From: Candidatus Omnitrophota bacterium
GTDB lineage: Bacteria; Omnitrophota; Gorgyraeia; 2-01-FULL-45-10
Direction of reading: 5' to 3'
NCBI GenBank assembly: GCA_903843285.1
Contig: CAIMPC010000039.1
Coordinates: forward strand, 44,886-108,885
DNA length: 64,000 nt
Shown one piece after another: positions 1 to 8,904 of this stretch (positions are counted from its first letter, which is position 1; each line of letters opens with the position of its first letter). Under the pieces are notes generated by a model, which was not told the DNA's origin, did no database searches, and saw nothing but the letters and a program-made list of their open reading frames with translations. A program made the position numbers and the translations under genes.

Positions 1-1
1 A

Positions 2-268
2 GAGACCGATACGGTAAAATATACAGATGATACGTTATTTATTAGTAAAACGTTGGATCGTAACCATGTATTCCGCGCCGAAACGCCGCAAGTCTTTAAG
101 TATGAAGTTATAAAGAGGGCGTATTCTGTGAAAAGTAAAAACAATATAACCGATGATGCGTCTTTAGTGGAGCGTCTGGGATTGCCGGTGAAGATTCTTA
201 TCGGTAAAAATTGCAACATGAAGATAACGACCAAAGACGATATTAGGATTGCGGAAGCGCTTTTGTAA
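2..268 (+). CDS. ispD: 2-C-methyl-D-erythritol 4-phosphate cytidylyltransferase, C-terminal part (truncated by window edge)
   Basis: Frame open from position 2; motifs DTVK, ETPQVF, TDDASLVE and NMKITTKDD; directly upstream of ispF. Confidence 0.93.
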   Translation, partial: ETDTVKYTDDTLFISKTLDRNHVFRAETPQVFKYEVIKRAYSVKSKNNITDDASLVERLGLPVKILIGKNCNMKITTKDDIRIAEALL

Positions 269-322
269 ATGAAGGGAAAATAGCCAGCCATGAATTACGA
301 ACCATTGGCGATTAACTAAGTT

Positions 323-808
323 ATGCGCGCCGGTATAGGTTACGATATACATAGGTTAACCGATGGTAGAAAGCTCTTTTTAGGAGGAGTTGAGATACCG
401 CATTCCAAGGGACTCTTAGGGCATTCCGACGGAGACGCATTGATACATGCGATATCCGACGCTATGCTGGGAGCATTATCGCTCGGCGATATAGGAGAGC
501 ATTTTCCAAATACCGATCCTAAATATAAGGGAATATCGAGCATGGAGCTCCTTAAGAAGGTGTCGGTATTGGTTAGGGGCAAAGGATTTGTTGTAAATAA
601 CATTGATACGATGATAATAGCTGAGGAACCGAGAATCTTTCCGTTCAGGGATAGTATGATTAAAGCGCTGTCGGGTGCGCTCGGAGTCGAGGTAAACAAG
701 GTTAGCATTAAGGCAACGACCGCCGAGGGAATCGGTTCCATAGGTAAGGGCGAAGCGATAGCGGCTTACGCTATAGTTACTCTCGCAAAAGATGAAGTGA
801 ATATATGA
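323..808 (+). CDS. ispF: 2-C-methyl-D-erythritol 2,4-cyclodiphosphate synthase
   Basis: [36 protein letters not shown] and KATTAEG motifs. Confidence 0.97.
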   Translation: MRAGIGYDIHRLTDGRKLFLGGVEIPHSKGLLGHSDGDALIHAISDAMLGALSLGDIGEHFPNTDPKYKGISSMELLKKVSVLVRGKGFVVNNIDTMIIAEEPRIFPFRDSMIKALSGALGVEVNKVSIKATTAEGIGSIGKGEAIAAYAIVTLAKDEVNI

Positions 809-1485
809 CGATATGTGCCCATGTCGCATTGAATATATTGTTGGCGTTGGCAGCGTTCTGGACTATCATAGCGATAGTTTTTAATAAAGAGATAAAGGTT
901 GTCTTCGATCGCGATCCGGCCGCAGTTAATTTTCTGGAAGTACTACTGACGTATTCGGGGCTGCACGCTATAATCATATACAGAATAACCCATCTTCTTA
1001 ATCGGGCCCATATTCCATTCTTCCCGAGATGGTTTTCGCAGATCGGAAAATTTCTTACCGGCATAGAGATTCATCCGGGCGCCCGAATCGGAAAAAGGTT
1101 TTTTATCGATCATGGTATGGGAGTGGTTATAGGAGAGACTACCATAGTGGGTGATGATGTCCTTCTGTATCAGGGCGTCACGCTAGGCGGAACGGGTCTG
1201 GAGAAAGGCAAAAGGCATCCGAGTATCGGCAACAATGTTGTCGTAGGAGCTGGCGCAAAGGTGCTCGGAAATATAATGATTGGTGATAACTCGTATATAG
1301 GCGCGAATGCGGTTGTTATAAAGGACGTTCCGCCAAACTCGACCGTGGTCGGCGTGCCGGGTCGTGTAACTAAACAGGATGGCAAAAAACTGGACGTTAA
1401 CCTCGATCACATACATGTATTGGATCCGATACTGCAGGAGATCGACGAGCTGAAGAGGAAGATAGATAGTCTGGAAAAGAAATAG
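805..1485 (+). CDS. cysE: serine O-acetyltransferase
   Basis: [40 protein letters not shown] and hexapeptide repeats; precedes cysS. Confidence 0.96.
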   Translation: MTICAHVALNILLALAAFWTIIAIVFNKEIKVVFDRDPAAVNFLEVLLTYSGLHAIIIYRITHLLNRAHIPFFPRWFSQIGKFLTGIEIHPGARIGKRFFIDHGMGVVIGETTIVGDDVLLYQGVTLGGTGLEKGKRHPSIGNNVVVGAGAKVLGNIMIGDNSYIGANAVVIKDVPPNSTVVGVPGRVTKQDGKKLDVNLDHIHVLDPILQEIDELKRKIDSLEKK

Positions 1486-1491
1486 ATAGCA

Positions 1492-2943
1492 ATGAAGATA
1501 TATAATTCACTCACAAGAAAAAAGGAAGATCTTGTGCCGATCGAAGCGAAAAAGATCGGCATTTACGTCTGCGGGCCCACCGTGTACGATGAACCGCATA
1601 TCGGACATGCGCGCAGTGCCTATATATTTGATGTGATACGACGCTACCTAGTTTATAAAGGTAATGATGTAAAATTTGTCCGAAACGTTACCGATGTTGA
1701 TGACAAGATCATAAATAGGGCTAAGGATTTATCGAAAGACGGCCCGAATCTGATCGAGGCAACAAAGCAGATATCGAAGAAGTACCTCGATTCCTATCAC
1801 CGCGATATGGAGCTCCTGGGCATCGGTCACCCGGACAGAGAGCCTAAGGCCACAGAATATATCCCTAAGATGATCAAGTTTATAGAGATCCTCATAGATA
1901 AGGGGTCGGCATACGCGGTAGACGGAGGCGTATATTTCGATGTAAAGAAGGCCAGGGACTACGGTAAGCTTTCCAACCAGAATATTGAAAAGATGGAGGC
2001 TGGTGCCAGGGTCTCTCTGGGTGAGAAAAAGAAGGACGGATTGGATTTCGCATTGTGGAAATCCGCGAAAGAAGGTGAGCCTTCGTGGGACAGCCCGTGG
2101 GGAAAGGGGCGCCCCGGGTGGCACATCGAGTGCTCGGTGATGAGTTCCGATATTCTCGGAGATGAATTTGATATTCACGGCGGCGGTATAGACTTGATAT
2201 TTCCGCATCATGAGAACGAGGTAGCCCAATCCGAAGGCGCCGGCAAGAAATTCGCTCATTATTGGATACATAACGGCCTGCTTACCATAGACGGCGAAAA
2301 GATGGCGAAGTCTCTCGGTAATTTTATATCAATACAAGATTTCATAAAGAAGTATAGGGACGCGGATTACCTAAAGCTGTTATTTCTCAATACGCATTAC
2401 CGCCACCCGGTCGACTATAGCGAAGAGAAGATAGGTGAAATGAAGATTCAGAAGGAAAGGTTCATGATACTTTTCGATAAGATAGACAGAATCGCCAAGG
2501 CTTCCGGTTCCGGGCTTTCAGCCGCGTCCGAGACGACCGGAAATATTGAAGCCGGGGATCTGTCCAGGGCAAAATTTGATGATGCCATGGATGACGATTT
2601 CAATACTCCCCTTGCGCTTGCGTCGCTATTTGATGAAGTCACATATGCAAACAAACTGATGCAGGGCAAAGATGACTTCACACGTTTTGAAGCAGAGAAT
2701 CTATTGGCGATAAAGAAGCAGATTGTCGAACTTGGCCGCATACTTGCCCTCGACATAGAGAAGGACTTAACTAAGACGGATGTGAATGAGACCGAGGTGC
2801 TTAGGTTGATCGGAGAAAGAAACGGAGCTCGAGCCAAAGGTGATTTTAAGGCCGCAGATGAGATACGGAAGAAGCTCTCAGGGGAGCTCGGCATAATACT
2901 TGAGGATACAAAAGAAGGAACCTCATGGCGAAAACGATCTTAA
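1492..2943 (+). CDS. cysS: cysteine--tRNA ligase
   Basis: CGPTVYD, HIGH, GRPGWHIECS, DIHGGG.DL.FPHHENE, KMAKS and DDFNTP motifs. Confidence 0.98.
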   Translation: MKIYNSLTRKKEDLVPIEAKKIGIYVCGPTVYDEPHIGHARSAYIFDVIRRYLVYKGNDVKFVRNVTDVDDKIINRAKDLSKDGPNLIEATKQISKKYLDSYHRDMELLGIGHPDREPKATEYIPKMIKFIEILIDKGSAYAVDGGVYFDVKKARDYGKLSNQNIEKMEAGARVSLGEKKKDGLDFALWKSAKEGEPSWDSPWGKGRPGWHIECSVMSSDILGDEFDIHGGGIDLIFPHHENEVAQSEGAGKKFAHYWIHNGLLTIDGEKMAKSLGNFISIQDFIKKYRDADYLKLLFLNTHYRHPVDYSEEKIGEMKIQKERFMILFDKIDRIAKASGSGLSAASETTGNIEAGDLSRAKFDDAMDDDFNTPLALASLFDEVTYANKLMQGKDDFTRFEAENLLAIKKQIVELGRILALDIEKDLTKTDVNETEVLRLIGERNGARAKGDFKAADEIRKKLSGELGIILEDTKEGTSWRKRS

Positions 2944-3593
2944 AGACTACGCGGCACTGCGCCGGATCTAAGGCAAAGCGAGGCTTATTTATAACGTTCG
3001 AAGGCATAGAAGGTTGCGGCAAGACTACTCAGTCGAAGCTATTATACGATACCTTAAAGAAGCAGAATCTTGACTGCATGCTTACTCGTGAACCGGGAGG
3101 GACGTCTCTGGGCGAAAAGATAAGGGGATTGCTTTTACACTCGGACGGTATAAAGATATCCGATAGGTCGGAATTATTCCTATTTGAGGCTTCACGCAGT
3201 CAGATCGTGAAAGAGGTGATAACCCCGGCCCTTAAGTCCGGTAAGATAGTTATATGTGACAGGTTCAGCGATGCTACTTTTAGTTATCAGGGTTATGGCG
3301 GTAAAATTCCGATCGAGATCATTAGAACCCTCGATCATGCCGCTACCGGAGGCCTTAAGCCGGATCTTACCATACTTCTGGACATCGATACGATTACCGG
3401 ACTTAAGCGCGCAAGGCAGAAAGGTATCGATAGGATGGAAGGAAAAGATATAGCGTATCATAAGAGAGTTCGTGCGGGGTATTTAGACCTTGCATTGCGA
3501 TACCCCAATAGGATTAAAGTTATAAAGGTTGCCGATTCGATCGGCAAGACATATAGAGCGGTGGAGCGAGAGGTGGCGCGTGTCATCGTTTAA
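2925..3593 (+). CDS. tmk: thymidylate kinase
   Basis: FITFEGIEGCGKTTQ P-loop, TREPGGT, ICDRF..AT..YQG and PDLTILLD. Confidence 0.96.
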   Translation: MAKTILKTTRHCAGSKAKRGLFITFEGIEGCGKTTQSKLLYDTLKKQNLDCMLTREPGGTSLGEKIRGLLLHSDGIKISDRSELFLFEASRSQIVKEVITPALKSGKIVICDRFSDATFSYQGYGGKIPIEIIRTLDHAATGGLKPDLTILLDIDTITGLKRARQKGIDRMEGKDIAYHKRVRAGYLDLALRYPNRIKVIKVADSIGKTYRAVEREVARVIV

Positions 3594-4746
3594 AGATATA
3601 TTGGCTCAGGATAGCGCAGTATCATTTCTAAGAAGCGCTATTAATAGCGAAAGGATAGCTAACGCTTATCTGTTTCATGGCCCAAGCGGTGTGGGTAAGA
3701 AGATGACGGCCATTAGCTTTGCGAAAGCGATCAATTGCATTTGTCCGCATGGGGGTACTGTTGCGAAATACAACTCCCGTCATTCTGAGGGAGGCCAACG
3801 GCCGACCGAAGAATCTAAAAGCGAGATCCTTCCTCGCTTCGCTCGTCAGGATGACAGACGCTCTTTACTTCGCACTTTGGTCCCTTCGCTTCAGAATGAC
3901 GTGGAATTTGACATTTCGCAACAGTCTCATAGCGATGTTAACCATGGACTACCCTCGGGCGATTCGATAGATGGGTGCGGCAGCTGCTCATCGTGCAAAA
4001 AGATAAATTCACTGAACCATCCGGATGTGCGTTTAATAGAAGCCGATAACTATGGCTCGTCGGTGAAGATAGAGGATGTCAGGGCCGTGATAGAGGATGT
4101 GGGGATGAAGCCGTATGAGGCGAAGAAGAAGGTCTATATAGTAGACGGTGCCGATAACCTGACGGAAGAGGCGGCCAACGCTCTTCTTAAGACCCTCGAG
4201 GAGCCTTCTTCTGAATCTATGCTTATACTGATCTCGGAGAACTCGAGACGACTGCTTTCAACCATAAGGTCGCGTTGTCAGGCGGTGAAATTTTTTCCGC
4301 TCGGCGTGAATACCGTAGCGAAGATTCTCACCGATAGACATGGCATAAATGGTGACACCGCGCATATCCTGGCGGGACTATCGTGTGGGTCGCTCGGCGA
4401 GGCATTGAGGCTTAACGAGGATGATTTCTTTGCCAGGAGAGACCGGATAATAAAGGCGCTTTCGACCGGAACATTGGCAGAGCTCGAGTTTGATAAAACT
4501 ACCAGGCCCGAACTGCGGACGGCATTAAACATAATGCTGATGTGGTATCGCGATATCCTTGTGGCCAAGGCAGGTAATTCGAACGTAATAAATATCGATA
4601 AAGAAGCTCTGATCTATTCAGAAGCAAAAAAGACGGGTTTTGATAGATTGAATAATACTATAACACGCATTATCTCGATCCAGGGATATCTGGAGCAGAA
4701 TGCTAATCCCAAGCTTGCCATGGCAGCGTTGGGATCCTCAATATAG
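3580..4746 (+). CDS. holB: DNA polymerase III subunit delta', carrying an in-frame palindromic-element insertion
   Basis: GTG start with GAGAGG upstream; AYLFHGPSGVGK, CGSCSSC, HPDV, AANALLKTLEEP and TIRSRC motifs; tmk-holB-PSP1 order; about 79 residues separate the first Cys from CxxCxxC. Confidence 0.93.
   Translation: MSSFKDILAQDSAVSFLRSAINSERIANAYLFHGPSGVGKKMTAISFAKAINCICPHGGTVAKYNSRHSEGGQRPTEESKSEILPRFARQDDRRSLLRTLVPSLQNDVEFDISQQSHSDVNHGLPSGDSIDGCGSCSSCKKINSLNHPDVRLIEADNYGSSVKIEDVRAVIEDVGMKPYEAKKKVYIVDGADNLTEEAANALLKTLEEPSSESMLILISENSRRLLSTIRSRCQAVKFFPLGVNTVAKILTDRHGINGDTAHILAGLSCGSLGEALRLNEDDFFARRDRIIKALSTGTLAELEFDKTTRPELRTALNIMLMWYRDILVAKAGNSNVINIDKEALIYSEAKKTGFDRLNNTITRIISIQGYLEQNANPKLAMAALGSSI
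3757..3925. mobile_element. MITE-like palindromic element, family A, inserted in frame within holB
   Basis: Perfect 13-bp terminal IR ACTGTTGCGAAAT (3757-3769) / ATTTCGCAACAGT (3913-3925) around GTCATTCTGAGGGAGGCC...CAGAATGAC; matches intergenic copies at 52511 and 62910. Confidence 0.88.
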
Positions 4747-4755
4747 GCGGTATAT

Positions 4756-5541
4756 ATGAACGAAGCCGTACAGATTAAATTAAGAGAGTCGGGCAAAATT
4801 ACCCACTTCTCAACGAGTGGGATGAGGTTTAAGGCGGGTGATTACGTTATTATAGAGGCGGATAGAGGCCTGGACTACGGTCAAATCTTATCCGATCCCG
4901 AAGCGATTCTGGAATCGGATCTCGAGGAGCCTCTGCGAAAGATAATACGTAAGGCAAACCCGTGGGATATGCATCAGATCGATAAGAATAAGAATAAGAT
5001 AAAAGAGGTTATGGACTCCTGCTCAAAAAAGATAAAAGAGCGCCATCTTGCAATGAAGCTTATAGATGCCGAATATTCTTTCGATCGCTCAAAGATAGTA
5101 TTTTATTTTACAGCTGAAGGAAGAGTCGACTTCAGAGACCTGGTTAAAGATCTGGCGAGTGCGTTTAAGACCAGGATAGAGCTTAAGCAGATAGGCGTCA
5201 GGGATGAAGCTAAGATGTTAGGGGGCCTTGGGCCCTGCGGGAGGGCGCTATGCTGTGCGACACATCTGAAAGATTTCGAGCCGGTTACTATAAAGATGGC
5301 CAAAGAGCAGAACTTACCGCTTAATCCGACTAAGATCTCGGGCCTCTGCGGACGGCTTATGTGCTGTTTGGGATATGAATATAGTACTTATAAAGATCTT
5401 ATGAAAGGCATGCCGCGCGAAGGAGAGATAATAAAGACAGCGAAAGGAAATGCTAAGGTCTTAGGTATAAATGCGTTAAAGCGCTCCGCTACCGTAGAAC
5501 TCGAGGACGGAAGCCAGATGGAAGTACCATACAATAAATAA
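4756..5541 (+). CDS. PSP1/YaaT (RicT) family protein
   Basis: FYFTAEGRVDFRDLVKDLA, RIELKQIGVRDEAK, GPCGRALCC and KISGLCGRLMCCL.YE motifs. Confidence 0.93.
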   Translation: MNEAVQIKLRESGKITHFSTSGMRFKAGDYVIIEADRGLDYGQILSDPEAILESDLEEPLRKIIRKANPWDMHQIDKNKNKIKEVMDSCSKKIKERHLAMKLIDAEYSFDRSKIVFYFTAEGRVDFRDLVKDLASAFKTRIELKQIGVRDEAKMLGGLGPCGRALCCATHLKDFEPVTIKMAKEQNLPLNPTKISGLCGRLMCCLGYEYSTYKDLMKGMPREGEIIKTAKGNAKVLGINALKRSATVELEDGSQMEVPYNK

Positions 5542-5542
5542 T

Positions 5543-7108
5543 ATGAAGAAAAAATATTATATAACGACTCCGGTATATTACGTAAATTCCAAACCGCACA
5601 TAGGCCATTCCTATACTCAGATCGCCTGCGATACGCTTGCCCGTTTTATTAAGCAATTGGGCCGGGACGAAGTCTTTTTCATGACCGGTACTGATGAGCA
5701 CGGAGAGAAGATAGAAAAGGCCGCCGTAGAATCAGGGCTTAAGGAAGGCCAGGAACAGAAGTTTGTGGACGGAATAGTGCCTGTATTTAAAGACCTCTGG
5801 ACTAAGCTCAACATAAAATACGATTACTTCATACGAACCACCGATGATTATCATATAAAAACCGTACAGAATTTCCTCGATAGGCTTTACCGGCAGGGGA
5901 AGATATATAAGAAACTTTATAAGGGATGGTTCTGCACGCCATGCGAGACGTTCTGGACATCTACACAGAGCCCGGACGGGATATGCCCCGACTGTAAGCG
6001 CCCGCTGGAAAAACTCGATGAGTCAAATTATTTTCTTAAGACATCCGAACACCAAAAGTGGCTGATCGATTATATCGACAAAAACCCGGACTTCATACAA
6101 CCTGATTTCAGGAAAAACGAGATATTGGGATTTCTGAAGAATGAAGAGCTTATGGATCTGTGCATAACAAGGCCGAAGAGCAGGATGAGCTGGGGCATTG
6201 AGGTGCCATTCGATAAGGATTACGTAACATACGTCTGGTTCGACGCACTGATTAACTACGTCTCGGGAGCCGGTTATCCGCACGACATGGAGAGGTTTTC
6301 AAAGACCTGGCCGGCTGAAGTGCACGTGATAGGCAAGGACATTATCAGGCATCATGCGGTATTCTGGCCGATAATGCTGCGTTCACTAGAGATAGAGCTG
6401 CCGAAGTCTATATATGCGCATGGGTGGTGGGTTATTAAAGGCGAGAAGATGTCAAAATCGAAAGGTAATGTCATCGATCCCATCGATATAATTTCGCGTT
6501 TTGGGGTCGATCCCTTCAGGTATTTTCTATTGAGAGAAGTGCAATTCGGATCGGACGGAGCCTTTAGCGAAGAGGCGCTTGTGGCCAGGTATAACAGTGA
6601 CCTCGCCAACGATATTGGAAATCTGCTAAGCAGGTCGCTTACTATGGCGGAGAAGTATTTTGATGGTCATGTGCCCGATGTATCAAATATTAATATAGTT
6701 AATACCAGAGCGGAAGAGATAAAGGCCAGGGCCATTCGATCTGTAAGTGAGATGGAAAAGCTGATACCGAAGTTAGATTTTACGACCGCGCTTGCAAATA
6801 TATGGGAAGTTATCGCTCTTGCCAATAAGTTCATCGAGGATTCGAAACCATGGGTAATGGCCAAAGAGGGAAGAAGGGACGAGCTGGCATTGGTTATCTA
6901 CACTCTTCTCGAGGCATTAAGAATAGTATCGATCGAAGTATATTCTATCATGCCCGAGACATCCGAAAAGATGCTGGCTCAGCTGGGTATGGACAAAGCG
7001 GATGGTCTTAATTTAGCAAATGCTAAAATATGGGGATCGCTCCCCAAAGGTATGAAGGTCAATAAATCACAGTCCTTATTTCCACGCATTTTAGTTAAGC
7101 CACAATAG
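5543..7108 (+). CDS. metG: methionine--tRNA ligase (short form, no C-terminal tRNA-binding domain)
   Basis: YYVN..PHIGH, GTDEHG.KI, YVWFDALINY, GKDI, KMSKS and LANDIGNL motifs. Confidence 0.97.
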   Translation: MKKKYYITTPVYYVNSKPHIGHSYTQIACDTLARFIKQLGRDEVFFMTGTDEHGEKIEKAAVESGLKEGQEQKFVDGIVPVFKDLWTKLNIKYDYFIRTTDDYHIKTVQNFLDRLYRQGKIYKKLYKGWFCTPCETFWTSTQSPDGICPDCKRPLEKLDESNYFLKTSEHQKWLIDYIDKNPDFIQPDFRKNEILGFLKNEELMDLCITRPKSRMSWGIEVPFDKDYVTYVWFDALINYVSGAGYPHDMERFSKTWPAEVHVIGKDIIRHHAVFWPIMLRSLEIELPKSIYAHGWWVIKGEKMSKSKGNVIDPIDIISRFGVDPFRYFLLREVQFGSDGAFSEEALVARYNSDLANDIGNLLSRSLTMAEKYFDGHVPDVSNINIVNTRAEEIKARAIRSVSEMEKLIPKLDFTTALANIWEVIALANKFIEDSKPWVMAKEGRRDELALVIYTLLEALRIVSIEVYSIMPETSEKMLAQLGMDKADGLNLANAKIWGSLPKGMKVNKSQSLFPRILVKPQ

Positions 7109-7121
7109 TTACCCACTGCTA

Positions 7122-7149
7122 TTGACTTTACGTAATTCTGTGATATGCT
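7122..7149 (+). promoter_or_regulatory. sigma70-type promoter candidate (extended -10)
   Basis: TTGACT (7122-7127), 16 nt, then TGn-TATGCT (7144-7149), just after the metG stop. Confidence 0.5.
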
Positions 7150-7230
7150 TGAGATAGAACAAAGTTTGTTTTTAGCTAATAAAATCCTTCCTTTCAATTT
7201 GAATCCGATACAAATAAGTTAAATGGCTTA

Positions 7231-7295
7231 ATATAGCTATAATAACTCTTAACATGCTTAGCGGATGAGCATGTTAAGTAACATTATAGTTATAT
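7231..7295. repeat. long AT-rich imperfect inverted repeat (hairpin)
   Basis: ATATAGCTATAAT/ATTATAGTTATAT outer arms plus CTTAACATGCTTA/TGAGCATGTTAAG inner arms; the in-arm mismatches are G-U compatible. Confidence 0.75.
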
Positions 7296-7298
7296 CAA

Positions 7299-7475
7299 GG
7301 GGCTGTTGCGAAATACAACTTCTGTCATTCTGAGGAAGGCCATCGGCCGACCGAAGCCTGCCTACCTGCAGGTGTTCGACAGTAGGTAGGCAGGCTTCCT
7401 CGCTTCGCTCGTCAGGATGACAGACGCCCTTCGGCTTCTCTCAGAATTATAAAATTTGAATTTCCTGCCCCAGTC
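7299..7475. mobile_element. family A element (degenerate right end) with a nested CCTGCCTACC/GGTAGGCAGG palindrome
   Basis: GGGGCTGTTGCGAAATACAACT left end, GTCATTCTGAGGAAGGCCATCGGCCGACCGAAG core, and CTTCCTCGCTTCGCTCGTCAGGATGACAGACG shared with the holB copy. Confidence 0.8.
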
Positions 7476-7501
7476 ACATTTACCGACGCATTACTTCATT
7501 A

Positions 7502-7530
7502 TTGCAATCTGTGTCGTATTATCATATAAT
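7502..7530 (+). promoter_or_regulatory. sigma70-type promoter candidate for the TatD fusion gene
   Basis: TTGCAA (7502-7507), 17 nt, TATAAT (7525-7530); ATG at 7540. Confidence 0.6.
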
Positions 7531-7539
7531 CATGATATT

Positions 7540-8904
7540 ATGTTAATAGATACGCACTGTCATCTTGATTTTAAGGACTTTGACCACGACCGCGATGAGG
7601 TAATAAGCAGAGCATCAAATGCCGGAGTTGGGCGAATAATAAACGTAGCCAGCTCTGTGGAGGGATCCCGCCGGTCTGTAGAGCTTGCGGGTAAGTATGA
7701 GCACATATATTCTACCATAGGAATCCATCCTCATGATGCGGCGTCCGTAAATGATGGTGTTATGTCTGAGCTTAAAGCGCTTGCTACAGGAAAGAAGGTT
7801 GTCGCGATAGGCGAAGTAGGACTCGATTATTACCGCAATCTCTCTTCCAGGGAGGATCAGATATCTGCCTTTAATAAATTCATCGATCTTGCGCTGGAGC
7901 TCGACCTGCCGATGATATTACATGTCAGGGAAGCTGATCGCGATGCATTAGATATACTTAAGGCCCGAAACAGATCCCTTCGCGGTGTAATACACTGTTT
8001 TTCAGGAAGCTCTGATTTTATGAAGGAATGCCTCGATTTTGGATTATTCGTATCATTTACCGCAAACATTACTTTTAAAAAAGCAGATCCGCTCAGAATG
8101 GTAGCGCGCGACGTTTGTACGGAAAGATTACTGCTGGAGACGGATGCGCCGTTCCTGGCTCCTCAGGCCTTGCGAGGCCAACGCAATGAACCGGCATACC
8201 TCACCCACCTGGCGGGAGAATGGTCGCGCCTCCTGGACCTGTCAAAAGACGATATCGCCAGAATCACGACTCATAACGCCAATACCCTTTTTAGATTAGA
8301 TGTAGAAGAGTCATCCAGGATTGCATACGAGATAAGGGATTCCCTCTATCTGAATATAACCAATAGATGCACCAACTCATGCTATTTCTGCATAAGGAAC
8401 CAGACTTCCTTCGTAAAAGGGCATAACCTTAAGATCGATAAAGAGCCGTCGGTAGATGAAATAATGGATGCAGTGAAGGGTTCGAAAAAATATAATGAGA
8501 TAGTATTTTGTGGTTATGGTGAACCTACGCTTAGGCTGGATGTGATTAAAGATGTGGCCGCCAGGGTGAAGGATTCCGGGGTTAAAGTTAGAGTGGTTAC
8601 CAATGGTCATGGCGACCTGATAAATTCCAGAAAAATAGCCAAAGAGCTGTCCGGGATAGTCGATAAAGTATCCGTAAGCCTTAATACGAATACCAAAGAA
8701 TTGTACAATAAATACTGTAAGCCTCAGTTCGGCCCGGATACTTATGGCGACGTGATAAGCTTTATTAAGGATTGCGTTGCAAATAAAATAGAAGTGGAAG
8801 TGACGTGCCTTGATCTTCCCGACGTGGATCTTAAAGAGTGCGAAGCTATCATTAAAGAGCTTGGGGGTATATTCAGGCCTCGATCTCTCGGAGTGGTCGG
8901 ATGA
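7540..8904 (+). CDS. TatD family hydrolase fused to a TatD-associated radical SAM domain
   Basis: N-terminal DTHCHL, GIHPH, AIGEVGLDYY, HCFSG and LLETDAPFL; C-terminal LYLNITNRCTNSCYFC (CxxxCxxC) and VFCGYGEPTL; start moved from 7456 to the ATG at 7540. Confidence 0.92.
   Translation: MLIDTHCHLDFKDFDHDRDEVISRASNAGVGRIINVASSVEGSRRSVELAGKYEHIYSTIGIHPHDAASVNDGVMSELKALATGKKVVAIGEVGLDYYRNLSSREDQISAFNKFIDLALELDLPMILHVREADRDALDILKARNRSLRGVIHCFSGSSDFMKECLDFGLFVSFTANITFKKADPLRMVARDVCTERLLLETDAPFLAPQALRGQRNEPAYLTHLAGEWSRLLDLSKDDIARITTHNANTLFRLDVEESSRIAYEIRDSLYLNITNRCTNSCYFCIRNQTSFVKGHNLKIDKEPSVDEIMDAVKGSKKYNEIVFCGYGEPTLRLDVIKDVAARVKDSGVKVRVVTNGHGDLINSRKIAKELSGIVDKVSVSLNTNTKELYNKYCKPQFGPDTYGDVISFIKDCVANKIEVEVTCLDLPDVDLKECEAIIKELGGIFRPRSLGVVG

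Noticed and set aside
3529-3579. ORF-track N-terminal extension of holB
   Set aside because: It overlaps tmk. GTG 3580 has an RBS and gives the typical SFKDI start.
7456-7539. N-terminal extension of the TatD fusion ORF
   Set aside because: It runs through a repeat end and the promoter. The TatD motif DTHCH starts right after ATG 7540.
7516-7548. dif-like site (ATAA-N8-TTATGTTAAT) in a window containing xerC
   Set aside because: The spacer is 8 rather than 6 bp, the XerC arm is poor, and the sequence is explained by the -10 box and start codon.
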